From positions 20,584,001 to 20,648,000 of the forward strand of contig NW_027266266.1 in assembly GCF_022045235.1 (NCBI RefSeq): 64,000 nt of DNA. Reading direction: 5' to 3'. How positions within the stretch are numbered: the first letter of the stretch is position 1; each line of letters starts with the position of its first letter. The position numbers and the translations under genes are program-made. Positions 11,260-23,200 of the stretch are shown in pieces. The DNA is from Haliotis cracherodii. Lineage: Eukaryota. The notes beneath the pieces were generated by a model. The model searched no databases and was not told where the DNA came from. It was given only the letters and a program-made list of their open reading frames with translations.

Positions 11260-14200
11260 GTAAGTCATATATACATATATGCATGTAAGCTGTCTCTCTG
11301 GTGTGTCAGACTGGTGTGTAGTGTGTCAGAGTGGTGTCTAGGGCGTCAGAGTGGTGTGTATGGTGTCAGTGTGGTGTTGAGTTGTCTGTGGTGGTGTGTA
11401 GACTGTCTGTGTGGTGTGTAGGGTGTCAGAGTGGCGTGAAGGGTTCCAGTGTGGTGTGTAGGGTGTCAGAGTGGTGTCTAGGGCGTCAGAGTGGTGTGTA
11501 GGGTGCCAGAGCAGTGTGTAGGGTGTCAGAGTGTTGTGTAGGGTGCCGGATCGGTGTGTAGGCTGTCACTGTGGTGAGAGGGTGTCACTGTGGTGGTGTT
11601 AGTGTGTCAGTGTGGTGTTGAGTTGTCTGTGGTGGTGTATAGGGTGTCTGTGTGGTGTGTAGGGTGCCAGAGCGATGTGTAGGGTGTCAGAGTGGTGTGT
11701 AGGGCGTCAGAGTGGTGTGTAGGGTGCCAGAGTGGTGTGTAGGGTGTCAGAGTGTTGTGTAGGGTGCCGGAGTGGTGTGTAGGGCGTCAGAGTGGCGTGA
11801 AGGGTTCCAGTGTGGTGTGTAGGGTGTCAGAGTGGTGTGTAGGGCGTCAGAGTGGTGTGTAGGGTGCCAGAGTGGTGTGTAGGGTGTCAGAGTGTTGTGT
11901 AGGGTGCCGGAGTGGTGTGTAGGGCGTCAGAGTGGCGTGAAGGGTTCCAGTGTGGTGTGTAGGGTGTCAGAGTGGTGTGTAGGGCGTCAGAGTGGTGTGT
12001 AGGGTGCCAGAGTGTTGTGTAGGGTGCCGGAGCGGTGTGTAGGCTGTCACTATGGTGATAGGGTGTCACTGTGGTGGTATTAGTGTGTCAGTGTGGTGTT
12101 GAGTTGTCTGTGGTGGTGTATAGGGTGTCTGTGTGGTGTGTAGGGTGCCACAGTGGTGTGTAGGGTGTCACTGTGGTGATAGGGTGTCAGAGTGGTGTGT
12201 AGAGTGCCAGAGCGGTGTGTAGGTTGTCACTGTGGTGTATAGGGTGTCTGTGTGGTGTGTAGGGTGTCTGTGTGGTGTGTAGGGTGTCTGTGTGGTGTAT
12301 AGGGTGTCTGTGTGGTGTGTAGGGTGCCAGAGTGGTGTGTAGGGTGTCAGAGTGGTGTGTAGGGTGTCTGTGTTGTGTGTAGGGTGTCAGAGTGGTGTGT
12401 AGAGTGTCACTGTGGTGATAGGGTGTCAGAGTTGTGTGTAGGGCGCCAGAGTGGTGTGTAGGGTGTCTGTGTGGTGTGTAGGGTGCCAGAGTGGTGTGTA
12501 GGGTGTCAGAGTGGTGTGTAGGTTGTCACTGTGGTGATAGGGTGTCAGAGTGGTGTGTAGGGTGCCAGAGTGGTGTGTAGGGCGTCAGAGTGGTGTGTAG
12601 GGCGTCAGAGTGGTGTGTAGGGTGCCAGAGCGGTGTGTAGGTTGTCACTGTGGTGATAGGCTGTCATGATGGTGGTGTTAGTGTGACAGTGTAGTGTTGA
12701 GTTGTCTGTGGTGGTGTGTAGGGTGTCTGTGTGGTGTGTAGGGTGCCAGAGTGGTGTGTAGGGTGTCAGAGTGGTGTGTAGGGTGTCAGAGTGGTGTGTA
12801 GGCTGTCACTGTGGTGATAGGGTGTCAGTGTGGTGGTGTTAGTGTGTCAGTGTAGTGTTGAGTTGTCTGTGGTGGTGTGTAGGGTGTCTGTGTGGTGTGT
12901 AGGGTGCCAGAGTGGTGTGTAGGGTGTCAGAGTGGTGTGTAGGGTGTCAGAGTGGTGTGTGGGGTTCAAGTGTGGTGTGTAGGGTTCCAGAGTGGTGTGA
13001 AGGTTCCAGAGTGGTGTTAGGGTGCCAGAATGGTGTGTAGGGTGTCAGAGAGGTGTGTAGAGCGTCAATGTAGAGCGTCAGTGTGGTGGTGTCTGTGTGG
13101 TGGTGTTAGTGTGGTGGTGTTAGGCTGTCAGTATGGTGTTAGGCTGTCAGTATGGTGTAAGGGTGTAAGTGTGGTGGGCACTGTCCATATTCTATATCCA
13201 TTAGGGTACTATCCATACATTTTATCCTCGAGGGCAATGTCCATATTCTATATCCATTAGGGTACTATCCATACATTTTATCCTCGAGGGCACTGTCCAT
13301 ATTGTATATCCATTAGGGTACTGTCAATACATTTTATCCTTGAGGGCACTGACTATATTGTATATCCATTAGGGTACTGTCCATACATTTTATCCTTGAG
13401 GGCACTGTCCATATTGTATATCCATTAGGGTACTGTCCATACATTTTATCCTTGAGGGCACTGTCCATATTGTATATCCATTAGGGTACTGTCCATACAT
13501 TTTATCCTTGAGGGCACTGTCCATATTGTATATCCATGAGGGTACAGTCAATACTTTATATCCATAAGGGCACTGTCCATTCTTTATATCCAATAGATCA
13601 CTGACCATAGTTTATATCCATAGGTCATGGTCACAAAAATATAAGCTTAAGGCGTGTGCACAACAAACGCCATGTTTAATACCGATATCAAACAATTCAA
13701 TTAGTTTTAACTTTGTAAACACAAGCGACAAAACCATTTTCATAATCATTAAAAATCTCTGCTAAATGCATAGTCCTTTGTATGAATCCGCCTGTATTAC
13801 AAGCATGTGTATATGGATCACTATGAAATCACATTTATAAAGAACAAACACTAAGTTTGACATATATGATAAAACTAGAATATCACAGATTTGTAGCAGG
13901 TCATTAAATTAATTGACTCTTACAAAACATTTTAATGCATAAAGCCGGGCTATAGATCGCCAGCAATGAAAGTTACTGTGACTGGACTTACGGTACCTAT
14001 GCTAACAACACCATCCCTCTATGTGCTGGCGATTGCAGACAGGTTAAGCCGAAAACAAGTCAAGATGGGAAAAAATAAATAAAAAGTACACAGGCACAAA
14101 CATACTTTGAATGGTGTGGTCTTACATGCTCTCTCAGAAAGGCTGGACTGAGGTCATCGTCACTAACCTTGACCCTGAACCCTGCGTGTAGCTTCAACTC

Positions 14201-17200
14201 CTAACTAGAGATGATCGATTGTCTGCAATGGTGTCAAGCAATAGAGTTAATTTTGCAGTTAAAGTTGTCTACATTGGCCTGTTTCAAATCAATGGGTCTA
14301 ACGTTGAAGTTATTCTTTGCCGAAGGAAGTTTAGTTTCAAAACACAAGGGGCGTATTCAGTTCAGTGTTGAGGGTCAAGGTCACGTTAATCCCGATGTGC
14401 AACTAAAATTAACGTGCTTACAGAGACTGCACTTGAACTGTGAATCTTTGTATTGTTGTGAAAAATTCTATATATTGATTTAGTAATGCTGATTACAACG
14501 CAGAAATCAATGTGTTTACCTGTTGCATTCATGTTAAATCAGTTGGCTAAGGTCACAGACTCAATTCTGAAAATAAAATAATTGTAAAGGCTTTTAAACA
14601 AAACGATATTTCTATGAGTTAAATTTGTCAAACATTTCTCGTAGTTTTTTTAAAATACTTTAGCTGTAATATTTGGAAATCAGACAAAGGTCTCAAGATT
14701 AGTCCTTTCGTTAAAAACTGAAATGTAGAATCGTTGCAGTATAAATTTATGATCAGTCAGTTTCATCACTGACTGGGTATTCCAGCCTTAACATGCATAT
14801 AAAATTAATAACCAAGAACAAGCTTGCAATGTCTCATTTTGTATCATTTTCAGTCTCTAAAACAAATGAACAGTTATAGAATGAACCCACCATAATAGAA
14901 TTGAATCTTTATTATAGTTTTGTGGTTTTCACCATTATAGGTAATTAATACTAATTATAGCCGTTGGAAGTAATATCTATAGTTTAATATCATTTCACAA
15001 AATGATAAAATTTTTACGAGATTGAGTTCATAGCACTGCATCAGAAGGAACTTAGTGTAAACACGTTGTTATTAACTAAACAGATTTTGAAATCCTTGCT
15101 AAAATCATTTTCGGAATTTCGAAATAAACTCAGTTACTTAAATCGTTTAACAGGTAATTAAATCCAGATTGAGTCTAGTACGATCTGGTTTTGAGGAAGC
15201 CAAGTCCCTGATATGCTGCCAGACTAGCCAGGTTTTCCTGCAGGCGTCGACGAAAGCAAACAGCTAAATCTCTGAGTAGCATGTACCACTTTTCTCTGTT
15301 TACCAAACTACCCAACTGAGCGGCGCCTCACGCCTTGAGAAAGCAGGGGGTGAAATAACGGCACAGGGCGTCACAGCGATCTCTATATGTGAATACACTG
15401 GCTCAATTGCCTTTTACTTCGATCTCTTTATTTCTGGCCATTGGACATTGATCCATCGAGTAGCAGATTGGCAAACCGTGTTCGTCGTTTATGGGTGCCT
15501 GTATACATCTAGTTAATAGCACTCAGTGCCAATATAATGGATTATCGTCAAACACAATTAATAAGGTAGAAAAGCATCATTAAGTCATTACGTGCCGTGG
15601 TTATAGACGACTTGATCCCTTTCATCCAACGATAGCCTTTTCTTGAGCTTCGGTGACTGCTGGCTTCAAGAAGTACTTCGTCTCCTCTTGTACCAAAGCC
15701 CAGCGTGACAAAGCATTACGGGGCTGGGTTATCTGATTTTCTTAGTTTAGGTATCCTCTGCTTATGTTATGGTAATATAAGCATATTTGCTTCAATGGTC
15801 TATTACATTTATATACAGTGCTGGAAACAATTTGAAACATGTAGCAATCCATATCCTATGGTACCAAGGCTAATATTCAGGGTCAGGGTGTGTCTAATTT
15901 ACTTTGCTTTACTTACTTATCCTCTGCTTATTTTATGGTAATATAAACATATTTGTTAAAGTGGCTTATTGCATTATGTAAGCTGCTCCAACCTAGTGGA
16001 GAATGTAGTAGACTAGTTTATCTTCAATTGTACCAAATGTTAGCATAATAAAGCATTGATGTGTCTGCTTTGCCTCATTATCCTATGCTTATGTTATGGA
16101 GCATTGTGATAACAAAAGCACAATTGCTTTTTTGGCATATTGATGTTATACCGGAGATTCCAGACTAGTCTTCAATGAAATCGCATTCACTGATAAAAGT
16201 ATCTGAATGTAATGTGTGAATTTAACTTAGCTTGTTGGACTTCTTTGAAAACAGAGTGAGTGAGTTGGGTTTAACGCCGCTTTTAACAGTATACCAGTTA
16301 TATCACGGTGTGTCACCTTAATAGGGGAGGACAGCCTAAAGTGAAGCAGGTCTCAGACGTTTAACACTTCGGTGAAACCCACGAGCATGGGTATAGTGCT
16401 GACAAACCTAGAAACATGATCGGGGCGAACCGGGATTCGAACCAACAATCATGGGTTTCTGGCGTACCCAAGGGACGCAACTCTGCACAGCGAATCGCGG
16501 CGCCTTAGACGACTGGGCCACCCGTACACCCCTTTGGAAACAGAAATGCTACCTGTAACAATACTGGCAATAACGTAGACCTGGTAGGGCGTCTCTCAGT
16601 TTTGATGAAAGTGTTTCTCAGAAACCATGCAGAACATAGAGATTACTACACGAGTGTCAGTTATGTACCATTATTCTTACACCGCGTTAGATTCGAGTTA
16701 GATACGACGGGCACGAGTGCAGTGCTCTGTTTCTTACAAACCCTAATGTCACACCGTTTTAGCATTGAATTGGTGCATATTTTCTCTACCAACGTGATCG
16801 CAGTGGGGCATTGATGCTTTACACAACGGTCATGGCTAACGTCGTCTGGCACACGGCTTACTACTCCTGCTTTGTGTGAATCTCCACATAAACGTTTTAG
16901 CGATAACTTGATTAGCAAGGTGATGATGATCAAACAACATTTATTTAACTCTCCCTAAAGTTTCGACACGGAAATAGGTGCATTCGACTGGAGCACGATA
17001 AACGTATCAATGTAATATAATCAGGAAAGTAGTCCGTCATTATCTGACCTTAGGTCATCACCATGGAGTAGCCAATCACGGAACTGGAAATCGATCACAC
17101 AAATGTTTGATACCATTTTATTTTAAAATGGGATTATTGAAAATTCGCAACCTGATTGGACACATTACGCTAAAATAAACTTTGAATATAAGTTTTAGCA

Positions 17201-20200
17201 TAAAGTAGTTAATATAGTAGTAGTAGTAGTAAGCATACAGTGCTTCAAGCATTTGTTTATTATATAAATAATAATTTCCATAATCATAAGAAATATTCGC
17301 GAAAAGCAGCATTAGAACGATCCCGGCACTGTCAACTAGAAAGCAAGTGATCCATTCATATAATTTTCACCACTATTTTGCCTTTTACGCCCAATCGAGT
17401 TTGTATCGGCAGATAATCGAGTCTGGTTAATCTCTGGCGTTGAAGGGGCGGTCGGGTAGCCTAGTGGTTAAAGCGTTCGCTCGTCACGCCGAAGACCCGG
17501 GTTCGATTCCCGACATGGGTACAATGTGTGAAGCCCATTTCTGGTGTCCCCCGCCGTGATATTGCTGGAATATTGCTGAAAGCGGCGTAAAACCATACTC
17601 ACTCACTCACTCACTCTGGCGTTGACGATTCATATCTATGAATCCCTGTCAAGCAGTAATGAGGACAGGTGTTCGCGAAGAGGTGAGCGTATCCTGCCCC
17701 GACGGAGGAACCCGCCAGGTGTTTGTTTGAGTTTTGATTTAAAATATTTTGGAACACCCTTAAATATGCTCACCATAGTTTGATTGAAATTATCAGTCAT
17801 TCATTGATTCGTAATCTTCTGCTCGTGACAATCCATGATATAACATCAAATAAATGAAAGCGACAAAACCCTTTTCCATAATGATAGCAACGCTCTGCTA
17901 AAAGCAGCGTCCATTGTACGAATCCGATTTATCATAAAAGCCATAATAATGTGCAATTTACATTTTCAATGTAAGACAAATAATACTAACATTTACAGTT
18001 GGCCAGTGGTTGGCCTTGTAGGTCTGTTGACACGTAGCGTGTGCATATGTAAATATCTAACTTCCTGTGCCTTTGATATATAAATGGTTTATTAATGCAC
18101 GCACTTCTTTTACAATCATGCTGCATTGTTTAGTTCCATCTTTGTTAAAGTGAGTTGGGTTTAACGACGCTGCGAACAGTTTTCCAGTTATATCAGGGTG
18201 CGTCAGCTTAACGTGAGAGGAAAGGCCGACGAAACCTTGAAACATAATCGGGACAGGGCAATTATGGCAGGGCAATTGCGATGTGCGGCGCCTAGGAATA
18301 TATACCTTTGTTTAATAACACATTGTACCTACTCCGTGAAGACCCGGGTTCAAATTCTCCACATGGGCACAATGTGTGAAGCCCATTTTTGGGGTCCCCC
18401 GCCGTGATATTACTGGAATATTGCTAAAAGCGGCGTAAACCCATACTCACTCACTCACTCACTCACTCCGGGTTAGAATTGCTCTTCAGCAACCCGTGCT
18501 TGTCGTAAGAGGAGACTAACCGGATCGAGGGGTCAGGCTCGCTGACTAGGTTGATGCATGTCATCGCATCCCAATTGTGTAGATCGATCCTCGTGATGTT
18601 AATCACTGGATTGTCTGGTCCAGACTCGATTATTTACAGACCGCCGGCATATAGCTGGACTATTACTGTGTGCGGCGTTAAACGACATACAAGTGAGGTG
18701 AAATGGGATTTAACGGGGATCGGACCCCGGTCCTTCCGCTCTCCGTACAAACGCTCTAACCACGAGACCACGGAGGCGGTTAAACGACAAACAATCCAAC
18801 ACATTGCGCCCATCTTGAGAATCGTGAGGAGCGACCACTAAAATCACCAGGCTACCCCATCCGCAATTTTCTAATTGTATATGGCAACATAATCATTTAT
18901 TGTATTTATTATGATAACTTCCCATTCGCTCTAAATAGATTCGTTTGAGCCCGACTCTGATTACTTGACGCTAAAATTTCCGGCCAATCAACTGACACGA
19001 ATGAGCGAGAGAAAGTCTGTGAAAAGTTAATGATAAGAGAGATGGTGACGTCACTTCCGAAACGAAGATTTGGTGGCGAATGGTTCCAGGGTATTTGTCA
19101 TAGTAGAATGGAAATCTAATACCCTGGTCATCGAGGACAATTGGGGAATGACAGAAAATATTTTGTGATAGGATTTCGAGGTGAATCAATCAGGAGAGAC
19201 GTTATGATTTAGCGTTATTACTGCTATGAGTAACGGGGCTTCAGATGTCAGTGTTTCAGTGTAGGATCTAATTGGAAGCGACAAAATTATAATGCGACAG
19301 GCGCTCAAGTCACAAGAATCAGATTCAATGCAATGTGATTTTATTCAGCCTTTTGAAACTGAACAGGCTCTATGGGGTCTACAGTTAATGGGTTGTGACG
19401 TGGTATTGTGATATATGCATTTATAATTTATTTGTGACGGTATTTCAGCTTAATGTGGGAGAAAAGCCCGAAGTGATGACGTTTACCAGTTCGGTGAATC
19501 CAACGAGCACCGGTATGGTGCTGACAAACCTAGAAACATAATCGGGGCGAACCGGGATTCGAACCAACAGGTTTCTGGCGTGCCCAAGGGACGCAACTCT
19601 GCACAGCGAATCGCGTCGCCTTAGACGACTGGGCCACCCGTGCCCCCGTATTGACTCAAAGTCAATATAATAAAATGTTAAATCCAGATAATAATCAGTC
19701 TCTATTATCGTCCGAAACAGATTCCACTCTGCATAAATAGCAAAATAGTGGTAAAAGATTATATGAACCTATCCCTAAAAATCAGTGATGTCACCAGGTG
19801 TTCTCGAAAAGGATATGCATGTCCTGCCTAACTGTACCACCAGCCATTCACGCAATTTGCATAAAAATAATGATTTAAAAAACCCAAAAGTACGTGTGTA
19901 CTTTTAACTATGAAATTCAGAAGAAATACATATGGTGCAAAAAAATATAAATGTATATGGTACATAACCGTGTAGAAATTAACCACTTATTCACGCAACT
20001 TTTGAAAATGATATGTTCAAATTGAGACACGTACCGATCGACATAACCTGGAGTCTCCTCGTTTGACACAGAATGTGCTAAAACCGGTCTAACCTATCGG
20101 TAAGACCGGTGCGTCGTGATCGCAACACCACAGCTGTGGCGTGAATTAGCTCTGCTATTATCATAGATAGCCTCTGTGATACTCACATTCGAAAGGCCAC

Positions 20201-23200
20201 CTGACAATTTAGAATACATTTATAATATCCACCATGAGAACGATGGCACAGTCAGTTGTGATGGCTTTTTATTTCCACTCATAAGGTATGTTGCATGCGA
20301 GAGAAAACGATATTGCTGTGTGTTTAGAATCATGTCCCTTGGCTCTGATAGATGCAAGATGACACATATGCAATTTCATTTAACTTCGTAAATGAGTATG
20401 ACAAATATTTCTTTATTTAAATATGTTGCTCATTCGGTGTATCCTTGGTCAAAACGTTGTTTAATTTAGTTTGGTTTTGGTTATTTGCATGTGCTTCATA
20501 TCTAGAATACAATTATGTATTCCATATGATATAAAGCATGGCACACGTGTATACCTGTTAACTATATATGTCTATAAATGTCTCATATACAAAATCATTT
20601 GATGATTAAGGTTTTGGTTTTGTGCTTAATGTGTGATTTATATCAAACTAAAATATAAATTATATAATATTAAGAATGGTCCACATTCATACCTGATACC
20701 TATATATTTTCTTTATTTTGATTATTTTTTTCTCATACACCGAATCATTTGTTCATAACACTGTTGAATAGGGTTTTGGTTTGGTTATTACTTGTATTTT
20801 ATAATCAACTAGAAGAAAATGGGTTAGGTTCATATGATATAAAGTATTGCACATAGGTACAGCTTGTACAGTAGACACAGTAGACATAATAGACACGGTA
20901 GACACAGTAGACATAGTAGACACAGTAGACGTAGTTGTTGTAAATGATATCAATAACCAAATGAATCAAAACCTTTTTCTTCAAGTGAGGACAGATATTT
21001 CATTTACCTAATTTTGTCGAGTGTCTTTTTTTAAATGTATTTCATTATAGCCAACTTTTAAAATACTTTGTCGACCGATTAATGATATTAATTCATTATG
21101 AGAACACATATGTTCTGAAGCATGAAAAAATATAATATATGAAAATAGTTTCTTGTTTATGTAATTTTTACAGTAACTATTACCCCCTAAACTGAAAGCA
21201 ATGTTAATTGATGTGTTCCCACGCAGGGGCAGGATACGCTCACCATGCAGAGAACACCTGGTATCCTTATTTTCTAATAGTGATTCATAAACACATGCTT
21301 ATAGTATCTTCGGAACCGTTCAATGGACTTAAAGCAAATATATCTGTTTAATTATGAAAAGGTTTTGTCGCTTTTATTATTACATACACGGTTCAATTAT
21401 AACTCCACATAAGTGATATACAGACGTTTGTATTGTAATTCACATAAGTGATATACAGATGTTTGTATTCTAATTCACATAAGTAATATACAGACGTTTG
21501 TATTGTAATTCACATAAGTGATATACAACACTTTCAATTGTAAATCCACCAACGGGGATTCCTTGTCAGCATGGAATGGATTTTTCGCTTTTATTCTCAG
21601 GCGTTATGCAACTATTAGATAACAACCTTATTAGCTAAAGTGCACGTGGTGTCTGCAAGTGACTACATCAGGAATGTATTGAGGTCAAGTGTGTAACGGT
21701 ACTCACAGTCACGCACAAGACACGTGTGTAATTTACTCTGAATTCAGTGTGCACCTTATATCAATACATATATCTCTCAATCAGGGTGGATGTTTGTGTA
21801 TTTTCAGCTACTCAATCCGAGAAGGCTAAATTTATCTCTTTTTATGTGTACATGTTTCATTTAAATATTTAGAACTATAAATGTCAAGAGGGTAAAAACG
21901 TTCGGATTCAAAGAAGAAATCATTCTTTGAACCAAGATCGTGAATGGTCATAGCGTGCACATTCCCATGCAATATATAGATATCGATACCGTGATCTTAT
22001 CTACTACAAAACTAGGACATTTGCACAATAGCCTTGTTTTTCATGACTTTGTAAAAACATACTTCTTTTTTTTAATGAGAAAGTTATGCGATAAATCACA
22101 AAGAACAATGAAGAACGAAGCGTGGTTTAATTCACGGTAAGACATTGTTCTATCATGACGTAATTTCTGGAAATTCGTACATGCACGCACCTTGGTGACG
22201 TCATATATTGGACGACATTATTTTTGAGTGGGAAGTGTCTAGTGAGCTGTTCCCCATAGATGTAGCTGGGCAACGTAGATAAATGCAATGGAGAGCGATC
22301 GCATGCAAAAGTGTGAGAGATATGACAATCGGTATTGGGAGAAAAGGTACAGGTAATCGACTTGCAAATTATGAGAAGATGCGGGAAATACCAAAGACGA
22401 TTCGGAACTGCACCTCTCATGGTCTATTCTCACTGCTGTGTATTATTGTACGATAAACAACCCCCACTCATCGTTTATTTCTTAAGTAATGTGGGTTACA
22501 TAAATGTCCATGTGAAGACCCGGGTTAGAATTGGTCTTCAGCAACCCATGCTTGTTGTAAGAGGCTACTAACGGGTTCGGGTGGTCAGGCTCGGTGACTT
22601 GGTTGATGAATGTCATCGCATCCCATTTGTGTAGATCGATGCTCATGATATCGATCACTGGATTGTCTGGTTCAGACTCGACTGTTTACAGACCGCCGTC
22701 ATATTGCTGGAATATTGCTGAGTGCGGCGTATAGTTGTTTTTATGTCATTGAATACCAGTGTTAAAAAATACTGTGCTCGTCTTTATTTATCGCACTATA
22801 ATGTTAAGAATCATTTACTCTCGGTAAAGTTACTCTAATGATTAACACCATAAGTCAAGCTGAAAAAAAGGGAATCGTAAGGTTCACACAGACTTTTTTA
22901 AATTAGAATTTATGCACATTTTAATGTTAAGTCATTGTACATTTTCTGACTTGTTACTATGTCAACAAGTGAAATACAGCAGCTTGATTTCATTGTACAC
23001 CCAGTGCGTACTTGGCTTCTGCTCACACATGAATCGTAATTAACTATCCAAAAGGGATATACATCGGTTTCAACTTTAAATCCTTAAGTGATATACAAAA
23101 GTTTCAACTTTAAATCCATTAGTTATATATATCAGTTTCAACTTTAAATCGTTTAGCTATATACATCAGTTTCAACTTTAAATCCTTTTGTGATATACAT

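Noticed and set aside
17444-17520. tRNA-Asp-like and tRNA-Leu-like sequences as tRNA genes
   Set aside because: Imperfect cloverleaves fused to constant bodies, simple-repeat tails and TSDs; these are SINE heads
22282-22357. Alternative phase-1 upstream exon (ATG CAA TGG ... ACA G|gtaatc)
   Set aside because: Weaker donor and start context, no clear acceptor; inferior to the 11180-11259 candidate
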